In this document: in pieces, positions 12,125 to 25,418 of the stretch | How the letters are laid out: each line of letters starts with the position of its first letter | Numbering within the stretch: the stretch's first letter is position 1 | Assembly (NCBI GenBank): GCA_002633005.1 | Contig: NMRA01000011.1 | Span: 237,451-301,450 of the forward strand | Length of the DNA: 64,000 bases | Source: Phoronis australis | Taxonomy: Eukaryota > Animalia > Phoronida | Reading direction: 5' to 3' | Program-made: the position numbers and the translations under genes | The notes under the pieces: generated by a model | What the model was told of the DNA's origin: nothing | The model's database searches: none | Seen by the model: only the letters and a program-made list of their open reading frames with translations

Positions 12125-12225
12125 AAAACAAGTGAAACCCTGAAGATAGTGGAAAGCTGGACCGAAAAATTGGACTATGTTGTAACTATTTACTGGACAG
12201 ACTTCGACAGGACACTGTCAGTCTG
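12125..12225 (+). pseudogene. Decayed CR1/L2-type LINE reverse-transcriptase fragment
   Basis: Translation LKIVESWTEKLDYVVTIYWTDFDRTL resembles the CR1 RT segment LLxVxDxWTxxLDxxxxVDVIYxDFxKAFD. The match is short and degenerate. Confidence 0.35.
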
Positions 12226-15200
12226 TGGCAAACTTAGAAGAATATCTTGTCAGAAATATTTGACGGTAAGTCGAACCTTTGTGCATGTAGTAATAACATG
12301 GCATTTTGTCTAACTTTCGTTGGAATTTAGTGTGACTTTATTGCGCGTTTTCGCCGATTGTTTATTTATGCAATGGACTTAAGCAGTAAGTTGTCGCGAT
12401 TTCGACATCGTGGATGGAGCAACACCTGCTTGATGTTTTGGCGAGGTGTAGCCACAAATGAAAGGCAATTTTGTGCATAGAATCATTGTCGAATTTCGAA
12501 GTTTTCCAGTGTATTTTGAAAATTTTTGTACATGCATGTTAACGTAAGCCTACGTCTAGATGTAGTTTGTGAGTCCGAGTCATTTGCAAGAATTCCCAAG
12601 GTAAGTAAGAAATTCGAATCTTTTTACTCGCCATACATTTATCACATCACGTGACTTAGATTAATGTCAGAAAACTTCTCTGTCCCGACCGGGGTTCGAA
12701 TCCAGGACTTTCTGCTGACCATGAAGAATAATTCTTACGTAAACTATACCAACGAGTTGATAACAACACAATTCGAAAAGTTTTAAACAAAGTTTTATTA
12801 AGGTCCTTTGCGTACAGGCGCATGCGACTAATTCCAGATATAGGCACAGCTTTGGATATAGGCGCATGGTCCTAGGTAGGCACATGATGTTTGGAACCAG
12901 CAGCCTGTTTCATTAAAATGTCCAAACTTCACAAAATCTAACCGGAGATTTACGATCAGTTGTTTCGGTCACCATCTCGAAAAATTTCTGGTGTTACCAA
13001 GACAAAGACAATATGGTATACAGTATCTTTGACCAAACCAAACGCTACCACTTGACGTAGGTTGCTGAAATATAAAGTCATTTGTTTTTCAATACCCGTA
13101 CTCACTGTGCACGCGACTAACCCTAGTAGGTGAGCGCCACGTTAATAGCTTCAGATCAACTATAGCAATTATCATTAAATGGTATACATGTAGAGTGACA
13201 TCACGTCAAATGAAAACATCAGCGCCTGGCAAGCAAATGTTTCTGGTTACTGGCAAATGATTGGCATAATCTTAGCGCTAGGATGAGGCTAATTATTTCA
13301 AGACTCCGCTAATTAGACGAATGTTTGAAGCTGAAACGATATGACAGTTACAAGGAATTTTCCCTGGCAACAGGACCAACTTTAGAGGCGCGTTATCGTT
13401 GCACTTATGTTTGTTTTACGTTATTTTCAGATCTAATTTCTCTCTAAATTGACTTTTGGGGATGAGTCGCAGAGGCGCCGACTGGCTTGCCTAACTTTGA
13501 GTAGGTTATAATTGCCGAGTTTCACGGGTTCAACCCTTTCCTTGAAAACGTAAACAATCGATACCTAACACACTTAGTAGTTCAAGATGATTCTGAGGTA
13601 ACTTTATGCAATTCCCATGACCAATGGTCGCTCAATAACCTTGTAATGCCGCCATAAACAATTCTAAACTCCATTTACCAAAAATTTCAGTCCCTAACCA
13701 GGATATACCAAAACTGAGACATAAATCCCCAGATACGAACCCCTAAACGTACTCCACTCATGTAACCGTGAATGCTTACCTGGTGACAAAACTGCAGTCC
13801 CTGTCACCAGGTTCTATGGCCATACGAGTGGATTTCAGTGAATAGTCTTGGATTTGTACCGGTTGGTCATTCGCATTATCGGAACACGGGTATTTTCGTA
13901 GCATTGATAACAGACTCAAATAACAGTGAAAAGAACAACAGCTGAAGCAGACTAAGGATGAGAGTGGCATCGCGCTCGAGTTGAGGTCTGCCAGGCTGAT
14001 GCCATGGTTTTTAACCGCCTGTTGAACAAATCCCACAGTAGTTGTTAATATTGAAATTCGCACATGCGCAGATATGGAACACAACCGAGGAACAACTGGA
14101 GGCAGCATTTTGGTTTGGTAATATTGTCCCATGAGTTGAAAGATTGCCTTGCGTTGGTGACTGGGTACCTACTCGGTTGCGTGCACTCAACCTGCAGCAC
14201 CCGTAACATGGATAAAGCCTGTTCGGGTACCTCCTATTTTGCTAGTCTGCCTGTATTTCCATTGCCATCATTTCTTACATGACACATGACCCTGTGTACT
14301 GGCAGTTATCTTGACCACAAGCTTGTTAGGCTCATTAATACAATACACGGCGGGAGTTGAACCCCGGTTTCGTTGAAGCTTCCGTGTCAGAAAAATGGTA
14401 TTTTGATAATTAACTCTGCTCGCATTCGTAATGGCCTGACAGTTTTAAGTGCAGCGACTTCAGCCAGGAACACCGTGGCAATTAGTCTTAATGATACCTA
14501 GCTTCCCTTACCTAGAATAAGAAGACTTGGATTCCATCACCAGCTTGGCCATTTTTTAAGCTCAGAACCGTTCGTGTTTCAAACAACATAGTTATTGTTT
14601 TCTGCTGTAAGGCGTCCATCTGCAATAGACATGATGATTCTTGCTGATTTAAAGCTATGATCTGGATATCATTTGCAGTAGCGCAATTTCACTCACACCT
14701 CTGATCCCGTCACTTCAGTGCGTTCATTGCACGTGTTCATACTATCAGGAGCGTAATAGGGCCTCCTCGCATTACTCAGCGACACCCAAATCTCTCGGTA
14801 TTTACCCACAATTCTGTAAACATCCGTCAAGCACATTTAATGCCTTGTTTTCGTGCCACTGGAGTTTCACATGTTATTTGTGGTTGTCTGATTCTTTACA
14901 AATTTTCTCGGTCGCATCACTCTATTCGTCCTTCCAATGCCAACGAAATATTACTGCTGCGCTGTGGACTGCAATTCCGACGTGAAAATGTTTGATTAAC
15001 TGGATGCTGGATCTGAAATTCTTCGTCTTCCCAACATCAATAAGAATCACGAAAATGTGCCTGATTTTGAAAACTAGGTCATGTGCTTTTTTATCTCCAC
15101 GACAAACGAGAGTTATCATCGCCGTGTAATCTGGGACGACCCTATTTGCTTACATCTGAACATATTCTGAGACTTGTTGAATCCAGTTCATCAAGGAGCC

Positions 15201-15651
15201 TGCAGCATGTGATCGATAGTTTTCAGTAAACGTAGCTGTACGTTATCCTATATAATACTCAGTAAATTTCGGAGTAACAGAAGTTGCAACTTAAAACATA
15301 ATTGTCTGTGATCATGTCAGGAGATGTGTAGGATCTACTCTCGCCGTTGTCATTCCAATCAAAAGACCTTGAAAATTGCAATATTCGTAATGCATCCAAC
15401 ACCCCGCAATTTCCATAACTCCGTCCCATTAAACAACGTTACCCCACAACCTCACGAACGCCCTTCAAAGTAGATTTCGCCCCCGGTGTACTCGTGTAAC
15501 TGCAAATGGTAACCAAAAGAAATCGATTAAACAATCCGTGTGATTCGAATTGAAGTAAAACATGAACCGCCATATGACTCACTTTTGCTTTACTGTAATC
15601 AATCGCCACAGCCGGAAATGCTGTGTGCGCAACAACGATGGCTTTGTTATA

Positions 15652-16309
15652 GGAGGCACAGAACAGTTCTCACAGGGGTTTGCCTGTCAGAACACACGTC
15701 AATGCACTCTTCACCCTTTCTTCACTTTGTCAAATACTACATGCAAATAAGGAATGTTTTGAGTCATTTCACATCATAAGCCCTACAGATGAGCACAGAA
15801 ACTTTATTCTCTCTTGTATTTTTGACCCATTCACTTCCAGTGGAAACCAAGCTGAACTAAGAAAAATGAGGGCAAAAAAATGCAAAATCGACACTTTTCA
15901 CCCCAAAATCACCACTTTCCTGCCGATGCTCGACTAAAGCCAACATTAGATTCCGAAAGCAAATTTCCTACCAATTCCAAAAATGTGGTCCAAAAGTACT
16001 GTCAACCAACTAGTTTTTTTGCAAATCTGGCTTGTTTGAGGGCTACCTGAAATCGCAGCCAATTTCTCAGTTGCTCACAGCAATGCAAAACTGCAACAGG
16101 GGGCCACCATCTTGAAGAAGAGTGCAGCTACAGCCGAGAAACTGGCCTTTTTTCATTCCCAGCATGTTCACAAATACAAAAAAAAACATTCACTTGGCCT
16201 ACACAAAATACCTAACTGAAAAATGCCCCCAAGCCTGGCCTAGCCCTAGATTTTAACATTTTGGGAGTGCAAATTGGCCGCGGCCACAACCTAACTATTC
16301 AGTGCCACC
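15652..16309 (+). mobile_element. PIF/Harbinger-like MITE (~660 bp), copy 1
   Basis: Imperfect TIR ggaggcacagaacagtt / aactattcagtgccacc with 3-bp TSD ATA on both sides. Near-identical to 21141-21800. Confidence 0.9.
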
Positions 16310-16964
16310 ATACTCGAGTCCACGGTTTCGTCCACCATCTTGAATATATAGTTTCATAGAGTAAACAAAAAACCAATTCACTTGGGTTTCCCATGCAAGT
16401 GGACAGGAGATTAAGACCTGTTGTAACCAATATTTTTGGAGGGATATTGAATTGCCAAAATGTTGCAATTATACCTTCCATTTCCGACATATTCGTGGTT
16501 GTCCAGGACTCGTTTTTCTTCCTGTGCTCAACTTAGGAGCGTATTATAATGTGCTGATGTTGTGGGTAAAATGCGGTACTTCTCAAGGTCGGCCACGTTT
16601 TCACGAAGAATCTATACTGTTAGTTTACGTTCGATGCATAGAAAATACAAGTCTTAAAATTATTTCAACTAAAACTAAATTTCATAATAATTGCAAGTTA
16701 ACACTATCATCATTCACCCCTAGCATCAACTGACCAGTTCCGGTGGAGGAAAGCTAAGTCTTTAGTAATCTGAAAGTTCTGTGCCCAATCAACTCCACAG
16801 CATGATTTGTGTACTGATAACATAAGTGTACGTGTACTAAGTAGTGCTGTTTTTGTCATTCAAATATCTTCAGTTTATTGTCGAGTGTCCATAGGGACCA
16901 ATGTAAAAATCGGCTTGCCTACCGCGCTATGCGTGCCCAACTCGAAGTTATGAAGGGTTCTTAA

Positions 16965-17440
16965 ACGAGTGCTTGTCTGAGCGTTGAAATGTGTTTGTTG
17001 AACGCCCACTTTTGCTTAATCAACGCATACTAGTAGTTATTCAAGAATTGGGTTCGTTCTTAAATGAAAACGATTCTGCACTTATTCAACGCTCAGAAAT
17101 GCTTGTTTAACGCGCAGAAATGCTTGTTCAACGCGCACTATTGCTTATTCAACGCGTATTTTTAATCAGTTGATGTAGTTCAATAACGTCCGTGGTCTCA
17201 AATCTCAAAATGGTGGAAGACTTTCCACATGCATGCAAGACCAGTAACTTTGTGAGGAACAGATACGTTTCAAACTTCAGTGTTCCTAAAACTTCAATTT
17301 ACTTTAATGTCTTGTCTGTGCTGCCTCTTTTCGGTGGTATCTAATTACTGTAGGCTTGTCTTTGATTGGACATAACTAATAACTAATTCAGCGCGTTAAA
17401 TAAGCAATTCTGCGCCTTCGTTAAGTAGTTCTGCGCCTGC
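16965..17440. repeat. Degenerate 21-bp minisatellite with inverted counterpart (foldback-like)
   Basis: Unit ~tgcttRttcaacgcgcagaaa repeated 16970-17158. Reverse-complement-like units gcgcgttaaataagcaattctgcgc occur at ~17392-17437. Confidence 0.6.
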
Positions 17441-18725
17441 ATTGAGAGCCAGTGCTCGTGTGTTGCTGCTTTCTGTCTCTATGCGTGACAGCAACTTTTG
17501 GGAATGTTTTAGATCCTTTTGATCTTTTAGCGAAACGATAAGGAAAGGTATGTTACATTGATACAGCCTAATGAACGTGTTTTTCGTTGCGTGACTTTTT
17601 ATTTGCCTAACAATGCATTTTCAAAAGGGACTACTTACAGAGACTGATTGGCGTGGAAATGGCAACTTTTTAAAGATTAGTAGCATGAAAGTCACTAATT
17701 TGTTAATATGTTTGATGTCGTTAGAATAAAATTGACAGTAGTCCCAGTAGAATTCCTATGTCATCAGCCAGTGCGCGGAGATGAAAACGAAAATGTGAAC
17801 ACCCGAGTACACTACACGTTTAGAGTTTTAATTTGTGAATAAATGATGGCTCCCAGAGGGGGTCTTTTTACGTAAAGGTGGTGCTTTGCAAGTATTTTGC
17901 TCTTACTGACTAACAGTTTAGTTAATTGGCTTCGTTGTAATGTCTCAGCTATTAGCGCCATGTTAACAACACGCACCTAATTAGCGGCAGTAAGTTAATA
18001 AAACTGGATGTTTTGTGTTTTCTGCATTGTTATCGAATAGGCAACAGCGAGACAGCTTTTCGTTCTCGCGGGATTATTTTCCGTTACTTTTCATGCGCAC
18101 GAGACTGACGACTGCTAACAGTTAGGACATCTAGTGATTAGAATATGTGAGTAATTTTATGCTGCTCTACAACCTTACTGATTTAGCCATATGTAACAGA
18201 AACAGATCTGTTTTTAAAAAATAGGTTGTTGTTGAGCAAGGCACACGATCGCTACAGGAGGCTCCGGTATTTCCAAGTTTTGAGAAGGCGGGAGCCATCT
18301 TAAATATCTACCTAATCTCAAGATATATTACAAAAATGCTTCTCTGTTGCACACTTTTCTGGACAAATTTCCATGTCTGTTTTTTTTTGGAAATTTTGAC
18401 CCTATCGTCTTTGTCTTGGCTATTCCACCCTGTCGTCGGTTTACTTAGAGATCCTTGCATAATGCCACTTTAATACTGGCTTCTGCCAAAAATGAAGTTT
18501 TAATTTTTATTTCTACTCCCTCTTGCCCTTAAAAATTGTCTCGACTCAACCCTTACTCGGATGAGAAATGATTTTTAGTATTGGAAATAACTAGCAGTTT
18601 CATTATCGTCTGCAGACATGCATGGTGCCTTTTTATGGATAGCCGGGTCAGGTTAAACTGGTTATCTAACTTAGTTCGTTTCGTTCAACAACGAATTCTC
18701 TGAGCCCAGAATTCACTATTGAACC

Positions 18726-18955
18726 CATTCGTGCACCCAGGGGGGCTCGAGGGGGCTCTAAGGAGACCCATTCGGCGAAGTGGGCAAAAAGGTCCGCCTC
18801 AAAGAAACAAAAAGTCCGAAAAAGTAGAAAACGAGACAAAAGTCCACTAAAAAGGATGCCCAATACTTAGCTCTGAACGTAACCCGTTTTTTTAGTAAAT
18901 GGTCCACATTCTCAAAAATTCGAGGCCCCCCATCTTTAAGCTGGATGTGCGCATG
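18726..18955. mobile_element. MITE family with CATGCGCGCACCCAG TIR, copy 1
   Basis: cattcgtgcacccag ... ctggatgtgcgcatg. Internal gcgaagtgggcaaaaag block is shared with 42118-42338 and 44849-45106. Confidence 0.8.
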
Positions 18956-20008
18956 AAATCCCCCGTTTAAGGAATGAGCTTGGGATGAGGATCTTCCGTA
19001 AAAGTTTATCTTTTCGTAGAGTTTTCATTCAGGATCATCTTTTCGAGTGAGGACCAATTCCATAATATTAATCCTTGCCAATGGATTCTTACACGTATGG
19101 CCTTAACTCATAAAGCTAAACAGTACAAATTGAAATATTGCGTTGTTGATATGTACATACTTTGCAATAGATTTACAAATATAGATGGTACTAAGAAGTA
19201 TCAGTAGATTTGTGCAGTTGAAAAAGGGAAACTTTTGTAGAGTTGGATTTCCCAATTTCATCCATTTGTGGGGAATTTTTCGGAAAAAGCACTCTCCCTT
19301 AGGTTGCTGTATAACCGAAGACATCTTGTAGTAGCTGAATGCGTCCCATATACTTTTTACGGGAACATCCCATCCCAATCTAAATCGGAAGTAAGCAATT
19401 TGAAAGATATTGAGCTTACAGCAGATTTAACGGCACACGTAATGTACATCCGACCCCGAGAAGCCAAGACAACAGCAGTATCGCGGGATGACACCATAAC
19501 TTCAAGTAGGCCTATGCATGAAATGTACATATGCTGCAGGCATACTGTACATGTAGACAAAAGTGGCTGATGATTTTTCAGGAATTAGTTCAGAATCAGA
19601 CCAATGAGATTCAGCGACGGCATATTCCGATGACAAAACGCATACTTGGACTTTTTGCCAGGTCGACCGTTTGAGCAATAATCGTGTTTTCGTATTTGGT
19701 AAGCATTTATCATGATTAATGTCATCTGCAAAATCGACTTACACGTCACTGAATGACTGAAAGCACGTAACCAACTCCATGTTACTCAGAACAATTTTCA
19801 GGGTCATAGCTTTTAAGGCTGTTATCAAAACGCGTCAATATAAAGAGACTAGTTTTTCTTTATACGCCATAAAAAGGTCACATTTTCTTCCACGTGCAGA
19901 TGAGAAATAAGTTCTAAGCTTGGAAAGAACTGACAGTTCAATATTGCTGGAGACCATGCTTGACGCATAACATGATCCGCTCCATGACAAACCAACTTGT
20001 ATGTCCTG

Positions 20009-20235
20009 GGGCCTGTTCCAAAAAACTGACTTAAGTTCATTTTTGACTTAAGTTTAAGATTTGTCTTAAATTCCAAACTTTGAAACTTCCACATTTGGTA
20101 AGTTAGTCAAACACTTAAATCAAAACTTAAAATCTCTTTTTTGAATTGGTTTTTAGACAACTTTAACTTAATATTTTAAAATTTACTGAAATGTAAGATT
20201 TGCCTTAGCTAAGTCAGTTTTGTTGGAACGGGCTC
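20009..20235. mobile_element. Harbinger-like MITE
   Basis: TIR gggcctgttccaaaaaactgactta / taagtcagttttgttggaacgggctc with CTG 3-bp TSD (20006-20008, 20236-20238). Confidence 0.8.
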
Positions 20236-21140
20236 CTGGTCTCGGGTAATCACGAACTACTCGCTCTTTCATAACAATAAGTGTCCCAAATCCAACGTTG
20301 TTTTGTCCGGAACGACCGTTTGTGTAGGACTATATTCCCAGTAGGACGCAAAGCCTTAATACTTGCAACGAGAGTCTTCGCTGATGAGGCGGAAACAGTG
20401 AAATTTTCACAATAATTCAACACTTCAACCTCGCCTCTTTTCAATGGCCGCCATTTTGCTAAGGTAGTCTAATACACGAGTCCCCGGTTTCGAGTTGTGC
20501 ATGCGTGGTGAGCGCGCGCTCGCGTGATATAGAACTAAGTAGAGTGAACAAGCCTATATTTGCTTGCTCGCAATGGGGACTCAAAAGTAAAGCGCTTTTT
20601 TGTAAAAAGCGAGTAAATGGTGAAATAACACTTGCCAACAAATTGATGTCACCAGTGCGTGAATACTGCGAGATTATTTAGACACAGAATCTGTCAGATT
20701 ATTCATGAAGTTAGCTGGATGTCGGCTTCGCTGGTCAGTCGATGCAGGGCTGATGGATGGTTGAAATAATTTGAGGTTGTAATGGTAAAAAAGTTTCAAC
20801 TGAAATAAAGTAAAGACTGGCCTTGTGTCAAATTAGTAGTACCAGTACTGTACTGACCTTTGGGCGGACTTCTTGAAAACTTGCCCGACCTTACAAAACA
20901 CTGGAATTTTGCAAGCAGCATCGCCATTTTAAAATGCGCTCCAAACTGAGCATAGGTTCTCAATCTTGAATATGCTGGGCACGACGCAATTGCACGTTTT
21001 TCTTAATCTACAGGCGATCTTTCGACAAACAATGGTCTTAGCAACTCTCACTCTGCCGTCCACCTACATCATGGGCGAAACCGTAGACTCTTGCATAAGC
21101 TCCCAAGACATCCGGCACAACTTGGATATTTTCTTGTTCT

Positions 21141-21800
21141 GGAGGCACAGAACAGTTCTCACAGGGGTTTGCCTGTCAGAACACACGTCAATGCACTCTT
21201 CACCCTTTCTTCACTTTGTCAAAAACTACATGCAAATAAGGAAATGTTTTGAGTCATTTCACATCACAAGCCCTACAGATGAGCACAGAAACTTTATTCT
21301 CTCTTGTATTTTTTGACCCATTCACTCCCAGTGGAAACCAAGCTGAACTAAGAAAAATGAGGGCAAAAAAAAAATGCAAAATCGGCACTTTTCACCCCAA
21401 AATCACCACTTTCCTGCCGATGCTCGACTAAAGCCAACATTAGATTCCGAAAGCAAATTTCCTACCGATTCCAAAAATGTGGTCCGAAAGTGCTGTCAGC
21501 CAACTAGTTTTTTGCAAATCTGACTTGTTTGAGGGCTACCTGAAATCGCGGCCAATTTCTCAGTTGCTACACAGCAATGCACAACTGCAACAGGGGGCCA
21601 CCATCTTGAAGAAGAGTGCAGCTATAGCCGAGAAACTGTTTCTTTTTCATTCCTAGCAAGTTCACCAATACAAAAAAACATTCACTTGGTCTACACACAA
21701 TACCTAACTAAAAATGCCCCCAAGCCTGGCCTAGCCCTAGATTTTAACATTTTGGGAGTGCAAATTGGCCGCGGCCACAACCTAACTATTCAGTGCCACC
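21141..21800 (+). mobile_element. PIF/Harbinger-like MITE (~660 bp), copy 2
   Basis: Same TIRs as 15652-16309, with a different 3-bp TSD (TCT) on both sides. Confidence 0.9.
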
Positions 21801-21805
21801 TCTAA

Positions 21806-22060
21806 CCCTTGGAGTTGAACGCTATCTGCGCATGAGCGAACTACAATCATAACAGCCAGTCATGCAGGACTCTAAAATGGAAAACGTCGTCAGGATACTT
21901 GTGGAAGAAAAACAAATAAACAAGCACTAACCATATGAAGCAAACAAAGCCGGGATTGAAAATTTTGTTGCATACCACGTTTGCGACCTGCTAGACTTTA
22001 AAAGCGTGATTTATGGTGTCATGATCCGCACATACGCAGATAACGTTCACCTTGGAGGGG
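21806..22060. mobile_element. Degenerate MITE with ~36-bp imperfect TIR
   Basis: cccttggagttgaacgctatctgcgcatgagcgaa pairs with tccgcacatacgcagataacgttcaccttggagggg. A related arm occurs near 14056-14090. Confidence 0.55.
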
Positions 22061-22412
22061 AAATTTGAGGCTACGAAAATATCCGACGTGGTAGGATGCT
22101 CCGGTTCATCCTTACGAAACCCTTATACATGTATATCAGTCGTGTGATTTTGTTTAGTATTGCGTAATATTACTTTTTCACGGGACTCTTGCGTAATTCA
22201 CCCCGCATTATGCAATGCAACCTTTCCATCCAATTATCTGAATAGTTTGTACATGTACAAGAAGCCATTAATACGTTATCGGAGTGGTTTTGCCGGTGTA
22301 ACATGGCGCTTTCAGTACCAAGCGTCGAATTTCTTCTATTACTTTTAAGTACTAATTGTAGACCTATAAAACAATCCTTCATTGTCACAGAATCTCGAAA
22401 AATAATCTCCAG

Positions 22413-22561
22413 AGCCCAGTTGCATAAAAGTTATACGCTGTATAGCAGCAATGACGTCGCATTATCACGCGCCACTTTGTCATTGTTGAGCAATGCACCT
22501 GATGTCGTCCAACAATCAAACTTATCCAGCGGATAACTGTGAAGTTTTATGCAACCCAGCC
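22413..22561. mobile_element. Harbinger-like MITE
   Basis: TIR agcccagttgcataaaa / ttttatgcaacccagcc with CAG 3-bp TSD (22410-22412, 22562-22564). Confidence 0.7.
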
Positions 22562-23834
22562 CAGAAGATCTCTATGTGAAGGCGTTTTTTCTAAAAAGTT
22601 TACTTAAAAATTTGAGTTCAGGTTCCATACAAAAATATGCGTTCATGCGGGGATTTTCAAAAATCACGTTTTCCAGATAAAAACGGAATCGTATAGGCAT
22701 TGCTTTCGTGAACAGAATGGTATTCTGTGATCGTCGAGAATTTTAAAAAATATAGTTTTTGGGCCTACTATAAGCAATTAAACGTATTTCCGAAATCCCA
22801 TAGTTGGTAACGATTCACTACCCTATTGCAGTATTTTTTCCATGATGGCTTCGGATTCAACATTCCTGTTTCAAAGATGCACTGTCGTCACCAGTTAACG
22901 TTCCATTATAATAATAGGCTTTGTAGATTCCATAATGGAAAATGGCCGCAATTTCCAATTTCTGATGATACTTGGTTCCAATAGCCTGTAGATTTCATCG
23001 CGCTTCACTATTGCAGTCACAGACTCACCATAGTTCTGCTCATAGCTCATCTCTACACAAGCATGCAGTTCAATCATCTTGCATCCAGCCATATTGCGTA
23101 TTTTATCTTTATTTGAAGCGAAACAGAAATCCTGTGATTCTTTGATGTTTTTGTGTCATAATCTATAAAATAAACAATTGCTCTCGAATTTTAAGACTGT
23201 TCCGCCTCAACTTGATTTGCATAACCATGTTTATTCGCCTTGCAAAGACTGGGCCTTCCTTCAGGTAGAAGACGACCAAACATGCAGTGTGTCTACATTT
23301 CATTGATTCGTGTTATGATAATACAGGAACATATGGAGAGAACATGAGAAGTTCAAACGAAAATCACTAATTAAAAGGATACATTTAAATACACGCATGC
23401 ATACATTCATATTTACCGGCAGACGCTACACACAGGCTGCCATCATACATACTCACGCACACAAATACATACATTCATGGACAGACGTACAGCAGGAAAT
23501 ACACACAAGCAGACATACGCACATATACAAACAATGTATTTTCGAAAACTTGAGCTAGAAGTTGTTTACTATTGAAAGATCCCAACTATCGAACGATACC
23601 CGGGTGTTTACATGTTTAATATCACAATTAACATTTTTCAAAGATACAAATAAGTTAGAATTTTGTAACGACGGATAGTGTAACTAAGAATCAAATTAAA
23701 ATAGACTGTATGTCGTATTTGTATCGAAATCGGTCGCTCCCGCATCGCCATTCGTTTACCATTCGAATAATCGTCACCCCCTTGTCATTTGTTGAATTGT
23801 TCTATTTGATACCGATGATGTCTTATCTTCTAGT

Positions 23835-24320
23835 ATTAACTGTGAACAGATTTCCGAAAAGTTTTCCTTTCCCAGATTTCCACAGGAGAATGTTTCTTTC
23901 TCTAAACCAACACAGTATGTCGCCGCCTGAGCCATATAGATTATTGTCTATTGGTACACATTGTCTTGTTTTTGCAGCAAAATTTCAGATCAAGTTGAAT
24001 TTTTAGAATTTGCTGGGATATTATGCTTAAAACAGGAATTGAAGTATTTCCGGAGACAAATTTAGATTTGAGAATGCTATCGCATACTACATTTTCAGTC
24101 GACCTGCTAGGCTCCAAGCATGATTTGTATGTAACCTGGTGCTGTGCAGATTGACGTTCCCCACATGCGGAGATGACGTTCACCTCAGTTCATCGGTTTA
24201 ACCCCAGCTGCCGAACAATCTTTGCCAATCGCGTTTTCCGCCATCGGTGTCAAATTCGCATGATTTGTATCCACAGGTTTGATTGTGCCCCAATTAATAT
24301 AACAAGTTTACTACTGCTAT
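23835..24320 (-). pseudogene. Possible decayed SGNH-esterase-type LINE ORF1 fragment
   Basis: Frameshifted minus-strand pieces KLVILIGAQSNL ... VNVISACGER ... LKFCCKNK ... IDNNLYGSGGDILCWFRERNILLWKSGKGKLFGNL follow the order of SGNH blocks (hhxGxND ... hDN...DGhHLxxxGxxKLxxNL). Catalytic residues are not preserved. Confidence 0.3.
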
Positions 24321-25418
24321 CAATATTTGTGAGACGTCTACATACTCACATCGTTCATAACTGTGTCTCCATATATTACCCATTAGTAGAATTAAACCAA
24401 TCCCCTGGTTGCGAAAAATGAATGAACGAGACTATCCATTCTCGATTTATCTTCGTATGTGTGGCGAATGTAAAAATATTACTTTCATCGTATTCGTTCA
24501 AGAGGATAAATCGTGTAAAAGTAAAAAATAAATTTACTAAAATTATATCTATCTGTATAAAATGTTGGTTTAGTTTCGCTATAAATGTAAAGCTTAGGGT
24601 ACCTCAGTTAACACTTTCGGCGTTATTGATTTAAGCCAGATGGCTTGTCACGACTGACCGTTTTACGATTCGATCACCGACCACGGTGTCGAGCAGTAGC
24701 GACGAGTTAGCGGTAATGCCAAGCTCAGAGACCGCCGTCTATCTGAGTGGTTACCGGTAAGTGGCCTAAACCAAAAATTTGTTTCTTTAACGGGGCGCAA
24801 TTAATAGCCGCTTTTTAGTAGCTCTAAAGACGGTAGCTGTTGATTATGTCTTTTTCATTAAACTAGCGGTTCTCGGTGTAGCCTTTAAATGTTAATTCAT
24901 AAGTGTGTTTTTTCTTTTCACCTGTAATTAAAGTTGAGTTGCAATTTCAAAGTCGGGATATTTTCATTACACCTTCGCGACGTTTAGCTGTTTACCTAGT
25001 GACGGCTATTCGTGTTTATTTTTCTCAAGAAAAATGCAACTGCAGCCACTGTAGTTAGAGCAGTGTCATAATTGCTATCTGTCTGACGCCATTAACTCCG
25101 GGATCTCTGTCTAACCAAATAAGCAATGTTTTGAAGGTTTCTAACTTGTGTTCTCGGGCTGATGTCGAAGACACGCGTAAGCTTTCGTGCAGTAGGCGCG
25201 AGCAGAAGCACACGCCCTCACGCAACTATAAAGAGTACACCCAAAATGTTTGACACGTGCCCTTACATTAAAAATTTTGCATGTTCGCGGAATAACCGTT
25301 GCTTCATTTTTAGGTACATGCAGATGTCTCTGATGTCCGTGTACACACCTGTCATGAAAAGCATTAGTGTCTATACGAGTGTTTATCATCTCATAGTACT
25401 TTCAAATTAGTTACTTAA

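Noticed and set aside
13776-15240. Several ORFs of 65-118 aa suggesting a decayed retroelement
   Set aside because: No RT, integrase or gag motifs were recognisable by eye.
16970-17160. CRISPR-like periodic repeats
   Set aside because: These are contiguous degenerate minisatellite units with no unique spacers or cas genes, in a eukaryotic context.
20381-20400. CTGATGA...GAAA hammerhead-like core (also 25678, 53715)
   Set aside because: No compatible stems I and III or NUH cleavage triplet could be built by eye.
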